IMG/VR virus record: IMGVR_UViG_3300005253_000655
Coordinates: 3,683 to 67,682 of that record
DNA from: a virus
DNA: 64,000 bases
Direction: 5' to 3' (one strand)
The notes beneath the pieces were generated by a model that had not been told where the DNA came from, made no database searches, and was given only the letters and a program-made list of their open reading frames with translations. Shown here one piece after another: positions 17,814 to 27,918 of the stretch; positions within the stretch are counted from its first letter, which is position 1; each line of letters opens with the position of its first letter. A program made the position numbers and the translations under genes.

Positions 17814-18107
17814 ATGGACACAACAAAGAAAGCTACTGCAAAAGTAGGTGATAGCGTGCAAGGGGATCTTTGGTCTTGGTATGCAACTCTCGGGGAGTCG
17901 GATGGTTTCTCTGACAGTTCTTTTCCTGGTTGCCAGTTTCGTTTAAAAGAACATGGTACTCTTGATAATTATGCTGTCAACATCAAAGTCACAGGAAAAC
18001 CAGTGTGGAGCGGTTTTTCCTATCACAGCCGATGTGTCCTTGAGATTGTCGGGGACGGTGAACCTTCCACATTTTTTGGCGGTCAATTGTATCATAAGGC
18101 AACTTAA
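17814..18107 (+). CDS. Hypothetical early protein
   Basis: RBS AAGGAGG before MDTTKK. Confidence 0.55.
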   Translation: MDTTKKATAKVGDSVQGDLWSWYATLGESDGFSDSSFPGCQFRLKEHGTLDNYAVNIKVTGKPVWSGFSYHSRCVLEIVGDGEPSTFFGGQLYHKAT

Positions 18108-18121
18108 AGGGAGGATGAGAA

Positions 18122-18289
18122 ATGCCTATAATAGATAAGATCTTGAATTTCGAGGCTGGCGAAATGGAAGAAGAGGAGATGGTGGAATTCTTCCAAGAGT
18201 TGATTGACAATGGCATGGCTTGGACCTTGCAGGGTAGCTATGGGAGGATGGCAAGTAGCTTGATTGACGCAGGACATTGCTCTGCATAA
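18122..18289 (+). CDS. Small conserved phage protein
   Basis: E.GE..EEE.VEFFQELIDNGMAWTLQGSYGR.A motif seen in phage early genes. Confidence 0.6.
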   Translation: MPIIDKILNFEAGEMEEEEMVEFFQELIDNGMAWTLQGSYGRMASSLIDAGHCSA

Positions 18290-18356
18290 GCCGAAACTGG
18301 GGAGGGGCATTCCCCAGTCTGTCAAGGATTGATACCTTGGCACTGATGAGGCAATC
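18290..18356 (+). ncRNA. Type II hammerhead ribozyme 1
   Basis: GCC-GAAA-[CTGGGGA/TCCCCAG]-TC^-[TGTCAAGG/CCTTGGCA]-CTGATGA-GGC; GATTG pairs with 3' CAATC. Confidence 0.9.
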
Positions 18357-18378
18357 AAAATAACAGGGAGGAAAAACC

Positions 18379-18639
18379 ATGAACTTTACCTAGGAGGAAA
18401 TTGCAAAGATTACTGATGACCTGGAAGGTATCGCCAATGTTAGGGCCATAAACAAGATTTATAGACGACAAGATTGCTCTAACCTATGGCCTGTAGCAGG
18501 AAAATTCAATGTCATAAACAGAGCAATCCGACACGCACAAAAATGGCAGAGAGAATCGGGAGTGTCTTTGCAAGGATTAGAGTATTGTTATTTTTTAAGC
18601 AATGAAATAAGGAGTATTGTCAACAACCCAAATATTTAA
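18379..18639 (+). pseudogene. 86-codon ORF interrupted by amber codon at position 5
   Basis: RBS GGAGG, ATG AAC TTT ACC TAG GAG..., frame open to TAA 18639. Confidence 0.5.
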
Positions 18640-19234
18640 GACAAGGAGGGAACAGCATGAAAAAGATATTAGGGATAATTTGGCTTGTCAGTAGTGTTAT
18701 ATTGCTGTTAGGTTTTATATTTACAGTGTAATACCTAGTGCCTGTCCCCAAAACAATGGGACCTTCACACCGGGCGGGAGAGTAACGGACATAAGGCAGG
18801 ACATAGTCAAGGGGTGGATACGAGGCCACTGTGGGCCGACAACTGATTTCAAACTATGCTTGGGCTCCTCCTGACACCTTGCAGCGTGCTCCCGCCAGAC
18901 ACTAATAAATAATGGAGGGAATACAATGAAAAAGAAACATAAGGTCTCGAATTTTGTGGTGAACTGCTGCATGTTCATATTAGTTTTATGTGGTATTGTT
19001 ATCGTAGTAGGAATGTTACAAGCAATATTTTAAAGGGGGACATCATGATAGACGACTTCAAAAGGTTCAAGATTTTCGAGGACCATGACGAGTTGGGCGC
19101 TAAGACCTACGCACTTTACAATGACGAAGTCTTCGTTAGCTCATACCTTCCCGACGACGAGTACATCAAACACTTGCTATTAACTGGGGTCAAGATTCAT
19201 CCTGGCCTAGACTGCTCACCGAAAGGGGTGTGAT

Positions 19235-19456
19235 ATGGAATTTAGAAATATTAAACCTGGAAGGATATTCTACATAGGTAACCGTGCCTTTGCAAAACTT
19301 CGCAAGCCTCATGGGGAAAGGCCTACAGAGGCATGCTGCAAGGGAAGAAGTTGTACTGTGTCTTGGAATGCTACAAATTTTGCCAATGACGTACATATTT
19401 GTCCTTCCACCTGGGTGGAACACACCCAGTATTATTATGAAGAGAAGGAGGACTAA
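19235..19456 (+). CDS. Hypothetical early protein
   Basis: 73 aa; stop abuts hammerhead 2. Confidence 0.5.
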   Translation: MEFRNIKPGRIFYIGNRAFAKLRKPHGERPTEACCKGRSCTVSWNATNFANDVHICPSTWVEHTQYYYEEKED

Positions 19457-19521
19457 GTCGAAACGGGGCGTGAGCCTCGTCTGACCGGGGATGGCTACCT
19501 GGCACTGATGAGACAGGCCAT
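19457..19521 (+). ncRNA. Type II hammerhead ribozyme 2
   Basis: GTC-GAAA-[CGGGGC GTGA GCCTCG]-TC^-[TGACCGGG/CCTGGCA]-CTGATGA-GAC; loop ATGGC pairs with 3' GCCAT. Confidence 0.9.
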
Positions 19522-19713
19522 AAGGAGGGGATATGATGGGAGAGGAGAAGACAGAAAAAGTCATATGTATGTTGTGCGTACACGAATGGCCAACTAACGA
19601 GATTGATGTTAGATCTATTAGTCGTGATGTTTGTACTGGACGTGAAATATTAACTTTTAAGTGCCCGAACTGTCATCGTATAAAACAATCTTTAACTTGG
19701 GAGGGATAAAATC

Positions 19714-20665
19714 ATGTCAAATATACCCATTGAGTCTTTGGAAAACATCAATAATTCTTGCAGGAACATGCTTGACAATCTGGGAGACGTTAGACCTTAT
19801 AGCGTAGATCATGAGGATGTGGAAAACTTCTGTTTGGATCTTGAGGATGACGTAAAATCAATAGAGCATCATATCTCTGTTATCCGGCAAATGAATGACA
19901 AGTATAATAAATAAGGGGGTGAGCACTATGGACATAGAAACCTGGAGGAGGAATTTTTCCGCAGCACCGGCCTACAAGAGATACACATTGTTCCGGGCGC
20001 TGCAAACTCTGAATGAATGGGGACCGTTCCGTAAAGAGTTCGAGCCGGAAGGGCTTGTAAGGTTACAAGAGATTTTTCGGGAGGAGCTGGACTGTAAGGC
20101 TCGGAGCTTCATTTTGAGCAAGGAGGATGATCATGGCTAAACATAGCAACCATTACAGGCTGTGGGACTGGTGCTCACACCATCCAGAGAAGAGAAAAGA
20201 GGACTGGCCGGGATGGGCTAGCGTAGACAAACTAATAAATTCTTGCTTCCTATGCAGGATGGCTAAAGGGGATTGTGACAACTGCCTGGGTACTTGGGGA
20301 CCGGATGACTATGCCTACAGCGATGCAGGAGGTCGTGACACCTGTGAATCTATTTATACTAAGGATGGGTGGAGGTCACACGGCCTTTATACCCTGTGGT
20401 TATTTGCATGGGATAATAAAAATTGGGGGGAGCGAATACGACTTGCACAATTAATACGTGATATCGTAAAGGAGGATTAATCATGAGCAATAAAAAGAGG
20501 GAAAAAGAGAAGGAAAAGCAGGGATGGGAGAAGGAAAAGCTGGAATGGGATTGGGTACAGGAAGAGCTTGAGCAGTTGTGGGAACGTTATGGGAAAAAGT
20601 TCGAGCACCCAATTCAAGCTAAATCCAATTTACATTACATGCTTTCCAACTGCTTGGAAGTTTAG
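19714..20665 (+). CDS. Run of four small early ORFs (19714-19914, ~19928-20140, ~20133-20480, 20483-20665)
   Basis: Tightly packed ORFs each with a purine-rich RBS; no recognisable family. Confidence 0.5.
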
Positions 20666-20766
20666 GCGCAGGGTGAAGAGTAAGACGGGGGAAGGGTGCC
20701 ATTGTCTTGTGGGCAACCAGGGGCAGTGGTTAGCCGCCCTCGCCACTCTGCACAACTGTTGGTAAC

Positions 20767-20910
20767 CATACACGAGGAGGAGGTTGGAGGCATAGCTGCC
20801 TCTCTGAGACGGACGGAGTGCCACAGAACACAGGCTGACGAGTCACAGTGGACGGGCATTACTCTAGGCGGTCGAATTGCACTAGTCTGGTGTGAACCTC
20901 CTCGTGTATG
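20767..20910 (+). ncRNA. Candidate structured RNA with RNase P S-domain-like double T-loop
   Basis: 14-bp perfect closing stem CATACACGAGGAGG/CCTCCTCGTGTATG; AGTGCCACAGAA...AGTGGACGG inside. Confidence 0.5.
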
Positions 20911-20928
20911 TTTATCAGCATAATTAAT

Positions 20929-21009
20929 GGGGTGGAATTGGTTTCGACGGGTGCGAGTCCATCAATCGGGCGCATTCGGAGCGGGGTTCGATCCCCCGCC
21001 ACTCCACCA
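20929..21009 (+). ncRNA. Minimal tmRNA-like RNA (tRNA-like domain only)
   Basis: GGGGTGG...GGTTTCGACGGG 5' end, G3-U70 pair, T-arm CGGGG-TTCGATC-CCCCG, ACCA end; no tag ORF. Confidence 0.8.
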
Positions 21010-21032
21010 AAATTAACTCACAAGGAGGTAGC

Positions 21033-21368
21033 ATGAAGTATAAGTATACAAAGGTAAAACTGCCAAACGGCAAAACAGTGGATAGACATAGATTGATCAT
21101 GGAGGAATATTTGGGACGCCTGCTTGAACCTGAAGAGGAAGTGCATCATTGCAATGAAAATAAAAAAGATGACACGCTTGAGAATCTGGAACTGGTATTG
21201 AAAGTAGTACATAGACAGGAGCACTTCCGCACAGGAATATTCTTGCCTTGTGGCTTTTGTTCAACAGAGGTATATTGTAGTCCAGGAAGAATGCGGCAAT
21301 CAAAACTCAAGATATTCTTTTGCGATAGACACTGTAGGAATAATTATCAAGGGGCAAAAGGTTGGTAA
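21033..21368 (+). CDS. HNH homing endonuclease with C-terminal Zn finger
   Basis: HRLIME..LGR.L.PEEEVHHCNENKKDD..ENL. Confidence 0.85.
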   Translation: MKYKYTKVKLPNGKTVDRHRLIMEEYLGRLLEPEEEVHHCNENKKDDTLENLELVLKVVHRQEHFRTGIFLPCGFCSTEVYCSPGRMRQSKLKIFFCDRHCRNNYQGAKGW

Positions 21369-21386
21369 TCCCCACGCTCCACCATT

Positions 21387-21476
21387 GGAGAGTTGGCCGA
21401 GCCAGGTAAGGCACCAGGTTGCTACCCTGGAATCAAGGTTACACTTGCACAGGTTCAAATCCTGTACTCTCCGCCA
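21387..21476 (+). tRNA. tRNA-Ser(GCT)
   Basis: Cloverleaf with long variable arm, anticodon loop TTGCTAC, G73 + CCA. Confidence 0.9.
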
Positions 21477-21566
21477 TTCAAAGGGATGTAGCTACGAAGG
21501 GCATGCTTTAAGTAGGGTTCGACTCCCTACCATCCAACTCATTTAACCTAAAAAGGAGGAGACAAC

Positions 21567-23067
21567 ATGAACGATTCAACACAGGAGTTGGGGATAAATT
21601 TGACAGGTGTCATCAAGAGTATTGTCCTGGATGTGATACATGAGCAATCCAAAATAAAGGCGGACGTGGAGGAGCTAAGCCGGGCAGGTTCCAAGTGGTC
21701 AACCACAGAGATAAACAAGCTACGGTCAGAGTACGCCACTGCAATCGCAATCATCGCACAGTTGCATTCCCGGTCACCAGGAGGGATTCACTCACAATTG
21801 GCGCACATGGACGACCTACGTTACTAAAAAAGGAGGGAATTGACAATGTACACTGACGGGGAACGTATCCAAAATCTCAAGAAAAAGATCCGAGAAATTG
21901 AATTCGATGTAGAAGTATGTTGGGGAGGATGAGGGACAGTGGCACCGGGTCTCTATGTTTTGGGAATGCACAGAGTCCCCTGTGGACTATTGTGTTTATA
22001 CCAAGTGGGAAGACCCCCTTTCTGACAACTGTATCTACTGTCATCAACCCCATGAAAGGGGATAACAAGGGAGGAATTGACCATGACAAAAATACAGACT
22101 GCAATGCTTACAGGCGCAGGTTTCGGTTTTAGCCTGGGAGTTGCCTGGGCAATTTTTTGTAGATTTATCGTTGATAAAATCATGAACAGAAAGGAGGAAC
22201 AGCATGGAAAAGAAAATGAAATGGATGAGACACCTACCATCCCACATGATCCGCACGGCCCTACATTTTGACCCAGAAATGGTCGTGAGAGTCGTACACT
22301 TCGCACCAAAATACACAGAAGTTCGATTATACTGTACGGATGGCAAGTACGCTCAAGGGATTTCAATCTGTAGCACGCTGGACGAGTGGGACTATAAAAC
22401 AGGTAAATGCCTTGCATTCTCAAGAGCTATTACGGCATTGTTAACAGAAGAGAGGACTGGGCGTATACGCAAGACCGTTACACGGAAGTGGAAGCCTGCA
22501 CAAGACAGGCGCGTCCGGAATGTAGTATACAGGTTCAAGAGTTTCTTTAGGGAATGCAATCTAAGGGGGTACACAACATGAGACACAACGATTACATGGT
22601 CATCAAAAATTGTAAGTTATGCGGCAAGCCTGTCCTGCGCCCTATATTTTGGGCGGGACTGAAGTCGCCTATGACAGGCAAGGCGAGCGTCACACCGACA
22701 TACCCTATGTGCAAACATATCAAAGGCAACAGGAGGTAGGTTATGCGAAAATTAATAATGGGAGACTGGGAATACTCCTGCACTGTCCTGCGGCGCTGTT
22801 TCGTAATCGGAATAGTGCTGATCATCCTGGCAGTGGTAAACAATTGGAGGTGACATGAAATTCAAAATTGAGTTCACTGTGAACGATGCGGATCTTAAGA
22901 GATTGGATAAAAATGTGCTCACACAATCCAGGGGAGGTGAAACATCCTACCAATACATAGTGCGCGGCATTAATTTTTTCCTCGGAAAGATCGGCTTACG
23001 CCACAGCACAATCAGCCTATACACACAAGAGAGTGTGATAAAATCCGCCGAGGAGGTTAAGAGATGA
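21567..23067 (+). CDS. Run of small hypothetical ORFs (21567-21827, 22204-22581, 22855-23067 and shorter ones)
   Basis: Each preceded by GGAGG-type RBS. Confidence 0.5.
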
Positions 23068-23627
23068 TAAAGGAGAAATGGCAACTACAACAAGAGGAGG
23101 AAAAGATACGGGAGAAGTGGGGACTAAAGGACTTCTTAGCCATCGCTATTATCTTAGGGGGTTTTGTCTACTTCCTTTACACGATACAACCGGATTACAA
23201 GAAGGAGTATAAAGAGCATAAGGCTTCCTGGGCATGGACACAAAAGGAAATGAAATCACATGTCGCACTTAAACCTACAGTAGAGCTTATTCCGGGTTCG
23301 GAGTTGTTCCGTAAATACGTTACATTCGTGATACGGAACAAGAAGGAAACTGATACTGTCCCCGTGTCCATACTGCGGGGGCTATCCGGCCAAAGAGGAA
23401 TGTACAGCCCCTTACTGGACCCTCATACAGTATATATCTGCGACGACTGTGGCCTGGACCCTGTAGTCCTAGAGGGTGTCATTGTACATGAAATGGTACA
23501 CTACATTCAGTGGAGCACGGAGGGACGGTGCTTTGATGACCCTTATTCCCCCTGTATGGATTTCCGGGAAATGCAGGGATACGCGATACAGGAAAAATAC
23601 ATAAAGGAGGTGTTGGGGGATGAATAG
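23064..23627 (+). CDS. Membrane-anchored HExxH metallopeptidase-like protein
   Basis: TM FLAIAIILGGFVYFLY; IVHEMVHYIQ...E. Confidence 0.6.
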   Translation: MIKEKWQLQQEEEKIREKWGLKDFLAIAIILGGFVYFLYTIQPDYKKEYKEHKASWAWTQKEMKSHVALKPTVELIPGSELFRKYVTFVIRNKKETDTVPVSILRGLSGQRGMYSPLLDPHTVYICDDCGLDPVVLEGVIVHEMVHYIQWSTEGRCFDDPYSPCMDFREMQGYAIQEKYIKEVLGDE

Positions 23628-25827
23628 AATGTTTATCAAAGTCTCGACGGATTATTGCCTAATTGGTTGCACAAAAGAAAGCCCTTCCTTTGACTCCTGG
23701 TTCTGGACACAAGAAGACTTGGAAAGCAACGATGTCAAGATATACGATGTCCCTGTATTTCACGAAGAGGATGTACGTAGATTCCTCGACTTTGGCACCT
23801 CGAACCAGGTACATGCAGACGGCTACGAAGCTTGGGCGGACCTTTTGAAAATGACGGGGGGATTTTTAAAGGAGGAAACTTGGTTATGATAGTTAAAAAC
23901 GTAAAGTTCATAACACACAAGGACGGCAAGAGAATTGTCTGTTTGTCAAAGTGTCAAATACTCTCAGGCAGGGAATCCGGCATAGGCTGTGAGATTTACA
24001 AGGTTAAGATCCTGTCCCACATTGACAATGCTGACCTGCAGCCGAAAGTCGGGACAATTCATTCCGCACTGTCAAGCCAATTGACAGAACCTATTTTACA
24101 GGGGGAAATGTACTGATGAAGAAAATGAAACCAGGAGATTTTGATCGTGCATTAATGGCGAGTTTTATATTTCTTATCTTCAGCATTGGGAGTATATTTT
24201 TCGCCATTGCTTATGTACTTATCACAAGGGGGATATACTGATGAAACAATACCATAAAGATAATATACAAATAGCTGTAGTCGCTTTGGCTATAAGTACG
24301 ATATCAGTATTCATTGCCTATTTTCTTTTCTCAAAGGGGGGATGCTAACATGCCGGCAAGAACACCGCTCAACCTGCTTCTCAAGAAGCAACGTAAGCTG
24401 GAAAGGGCCTATGATCTGGCCAAAGACACGCCCATCACATGGGCGCGTATACTGAAGTCTGCGGAGTCTGTTGAGCGCAAGCTTGCAGCGTTCAAAGGAG
24501 GTGACTAATGTTAGGATTACATGAGATGATTGCAGTGAACAAGAAAAAAAGCGAGGAACACATAGCTGCCCTGGCGCTAGAAGCCGGCCAGGATGTAACT
24601 GACGCAGAGCCTCTCCTGGTGGACAAGAGCAAAGAAACCAAAGAGGAGTATATGAAAAGGATTAAACTGCAGCGGGAAGCAAAGCACGTTCCAACGGAGG
24701 CCGACGAGATCAATGAGCCGCTCCTAGTGGAGGTCGAAATTCCCCTTCGCAATAAGTACCTAGAATACCACTGCCACCAGTGTAAAATGTTAAACAGAGT
24801 AAGTCTTGACGATGTTATAGGCGTCAAGCTCTTGGTCAAGGCCCATGCCAAAACCGTCTAACATGATACGTTGCGGCTGCAAGTTGGTCCCCAAGGCGGC
24901 ATGTATGGTCAAAAGCACTCGGGATGGTCATGAGTGCTTTGGCTGCATGGAATGGGAATGCTCCGATGACAACACGCCACTGAAAGAGCTTATGAATAGG
25001 ACATCTTCTCCCTTACACACCTACAAACCTCCCGCAGAGGTACCAGAGGATGAAACGGAGGGGGGTCTTATTATAGGCTACACTGCGCGTATGGACGATC
25101 CCGGAGCTTTGGGTGCCTGGCTGGATAAACTCACCCTGCCAGGCTTGTCACGGCTTTGCAAGGCCCTGGACTTCAAGACACCTATCGGGGCGAGCAAGGT
25201 CGTGCTGATTTCAATCATTTTACAAGAGGAGGAATAGCATTATGTTTTTTAAAGAAGAGTATGATATCGTATTGGGCACAAGAAACAAGAAAGTCCGTAG
25301 CAAATTGGAAGCAGCTTTCAAACTACGTCGAGAGGCCAAGGATTTGGGAGAGTTCGCCAAGCACGCTAAGGAGGTTGCCAATGCTGCCTTGGCTGAGGCC
25401 CTGGAAGCATCCAACATGGACAAGGTAGAGTCTATGGAGTGCGAAGTTGCACAGTTCAAAACCAAGAAAACTACAACCCTGGACAAGGACGGGGCACAGA
25501 AATATCTGATCGGCAAAGGTGTATCACCTGTGGTAGCCAGAAACGCCTTCAGTAAAAACACCACAGTCAAGGAGTCCGCAAAGTACATCGACTTCCGGGT
25601 GCCGAAAGGGGGAAAGTAATATGCATATTACAAAAGAAAAGCATGAACGCCAAGAAGTAACAATCAGGGCTTATTCGCTTTTTACCTTTAAACTTACTCA
25701 AAAGGAAAAAGATGCCTTGTTCAAATTGCTAGATAAAACCAATTTGAATCAGGAAGCAAGTATCTTTACAATGGGTGAGTGTGAAATTCTTTACGAGCTA
25801 TACAGGCAACTCGCCGAAAAGTCATAA
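23620..25827 (+). CDS. Run of hypothetical ORFs (23620-23889, 24508-24861, 24845-25237, 25242-25619, 25621-25827 and others)
   Basis: Coupled ORFs with RBSs. Confidence 0.5.
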
Positions 25828-25828
25828 T

Positions 25829-25878
25829 AAAAAAGCCCCGGCAAGATCTCCATGATCTTGACCGGGGCTTTTTCTTTT
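25829..25878. terminator. Bidirectional rho-independent terminator
   Basis: AAAAAGCCCCGG-CAAGATC-tccat-GATCTTG-ACCGGGGCTTTTT between convergent units. Confidence 0.85.
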
Positions 25879-25890
25879 GGGAGGGACTGT

Positions 25891-26583
25891 CTACAGTGGG
25901 GAATAATTATCAGGTACCCACTTTTCTTGTCCTACATCATAAAACTGTTTTGCACCGCAAGCACAACCTCTGCGTTTATGCGGGAGTTTAATCCATACAT
26001 GATCATGGTTTATGTATAAGCAAGCTTTGTCATCGCATGTATCACACGGCGCTTCACAGGGTCCAGAGCTTTTCCCCCAGAGACTAAGGGCTTTCAGTGA
26101 TCGCCTGTACTCTCCCGGGATAGGGACGTTATCCGGCTCCGGCGGGTCAAGAATATTGTCCAACTTTTCCTGCGTTTCCTTCGTCAAGGGCTCAACAACC
26201 TTACACAAGAAACGCGGTGTATCATCAAGACTTTCCGGCAACACTCCCCGCCGTATCCGTTCCCGAGTCTCAACTGCGCAGGCGATATTCCAAAAGGCAG
26301 AAATCAAGTGATCCTCTTTATCAAACAACCCTTCTCCCGCCAGCTCTGCAAAAAGGTGACGCAGGCCGGAGTCAATGTAGCTGGACGCTATGGGCATGCC
26401 CTTCTCCCAATTACGATCCCCGTGGGCCTCAGCCCCCTTCTCGAAGTGTTCCGCCAGCTTCCTCATGGCCAGGGGAGGGAGACAGTGGAAATGCCCCTTG
26501 CCTCCTTTATGGTCCCGCTTCGCCCCGGTGTCAAATGTCACATCCTTCCCGCTTTTTCCTATCTTGTAATCTTCTCCTGCCAT
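25891..26583 (-). CDS. dATP/dGTP diphosphohydrolase domain protein (DUF5664-type)
   Basis: FDTGAKRD..GKG...LPP.A...LA..F.KGA..G.RNWEKG...RH...EDHL. Confidence 0.8.
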   Translation of the reverse strand: MAGEDYKIGKSGKDVTFDTGAKRDHKGGKGHFHCLPPLAMRKLAEHFEKGAEAHGDRNWEKGMPIASSYIDSGLRHLFAELAGEGLFDKEDHLISAFWNIACAVETRERIRRGVLPESLDDTPRFLCKVVEPLTKETQEKLDNILDPPEPDNVPIPGEYRRSLKALSLWGKSSGPCEAPCDTCDDKACLYINHDHVWIKLPHKRRGCACGAKQFYDVGQEKWVPDNYSPL

Positions 26584-26705
26584 ACGCTCTTCCTCCTTTT
26601 TATTTGCCATCTTACCCCAGAATTCCATTGTGTCCCTGTCTATCTGGGCACGTGTTGCGTCACTTCCGAGAATATCCCCTATGAGCCCTGTTGATATCTC
26701 CACCA

Positions 26706-27590
26706 TTAGCACAGCACCTTCTCAATTCCCGTAATCTTCCGGTCCCGGACCTTGGTTATCGTGAATCCTAATTCAACCGGGTCATACTCAGCACGCTCAG
26801 CATACCCGGAGTGGATCTTGAACGCCGCAGCCTCATCCATGTTTGCATACAGCTTCAGCATAGACCCTGTGTTGATATAGAACCTGTTGTCCGGGTGGAT
26901 GTACCCAGAGCTTGTCGCGTCTCCCACCCGGGTATACTGATGGTTGATTTCAACCCCGTCATCGGCCAGGAACAACTCTGGCTCCGGCAGGCATACGATG
27001 AGCTTGTGAGTGTGGCCTTTGGTCATTAATAGACAGTCCCCATGCTTCCTCATGAGCTGCTTCTTAAGGGACAACTTCATGTTGGCGTTTCGCCTTTGGG
27101 GATCATCCGCCACTGACGTAATCTGTTTGGTCCCGTGGATATGAAACGACTTGAACATCAAAGAGTTATCTTTAGTCACCCAAGAAATCTTGCAAGACCA
27201 TGTCCCATAATGACATTTCAATTCATCTGCTGCAAGCGCGGTCAAGTTCCCAAACTTCTCATAACGCAGCGGATGGTTGCCATCAAGTAACACTTTCAGG
27301 TATTCCTTGAACGGCTCTCTTGCCTTGATTGCCATCTTATTCTGTTCCAGTGGTTGCGGTTCCGTACAGGTCTTAGGGTCATAGTACGGATGACTGATAT
27401 CCGTCCCTTCAATGTGGTCCCCAGAGTCAATAGCTACATTGCATGTAACCGGCAATCCATCGACACTGGTATTCAGCCTATTCGCCAGCGTCTCCATGCC
27501 ACTTTCGCTCGCCATAGCATTGCCTTCGTGTGTGTCCCCGTAGTTGAAAATGTTGAAATTATCCGGCATCACTGCTTTTAATAATCTCAT
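26706..27590 (-). CDS. Calcineurin-like metallophosphoesterase
   Basis: GDTHEG, GDHIE, GNH, HG, GHTH motifs. Confidence 0.8.
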   Translation of the reverse strand: MRLLKAVMPDNFNIFNYGDTHEGNAMASESGMETLANRLNTSVDGLPVTCNVAIDSGDHIEGTDISHPYYDPKTCTEPQPLEQNKMAIKAREPFKEYLKVLLDGNHPLRYEKFGNLTALAADELKCHYGTWSCKISWVTKDNSLMFKSFHIHGTKQITSVADDPQRRNANMKLSLKKQLMRKHGDCLLMTKGHTHKLIVCLPEPELFLADDGVEINHQYTRVGDATSSGYIHPDNRFYINTGSMLKLYANMDEAAAFKIHSGYAERAEYDPVELGFTITKVRDRKITGIEKVLC

Positions 27591-27918
27591 AAGTTAAACC
27601 CTCCTGTGGGTACTTCCAATTTTTCGGTGAATGTAAATTCTGTCTGCAGTTCATGCATGTTATACGGTCAGCATCTGCCTCTTGGTGTAACCTGTGTCCA
27701 CACGTTGTACACTGCCCGTTCTCCTTTCTTTCCCTTTTCTGTTTGACACTCCTTTCCTGTTCTGCTATCCAGTTCTTTTTATGGTACTCCTTTCTTTTGG
27801 TGGAGGCTTTAAACAGGCATGCCGTGCACTTTACAAATGGGGGTTGCAAAGGCTTTGGGCATTCCCTGCATAACCCCGCAGCCTTTCTATTTCTCCTATT
27901 TTGCTCCACGCTATACAT
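27559..27918 (-). CDS. Cys-rich Zn-finger protein
   Basis: Four CxxC pairs. Confidence 0.55.
   Translation of the reverse strand: MYSVEQNRRNRKAAGLCRECPKPLQPPFVKCTACLFKASTKRKEYHKKNWIAEQERSVKQKRERKENGQCTTCGHRLHQEADADRITCMNCRQNLHSPKNWKYPQEGLTYEIIKSSDAG

Noticed and set aside
18379-18639. Genome-wide amber recoding
   Set aside because: Long genes read through under code 11, several end in TAG, and no suppressor tRNA is seen
20767-20910. Complete RNase P RNA
   Set aside because: Catalytic-domain conserved regions are missing and the element is too short
20929-21009. Ordinary tRNA-Ala or permuted two-piece tmRNA
   Set aside because: No D-stem or 7-nt anticodon loop; 5' and 3' halves are contiguous in normal order
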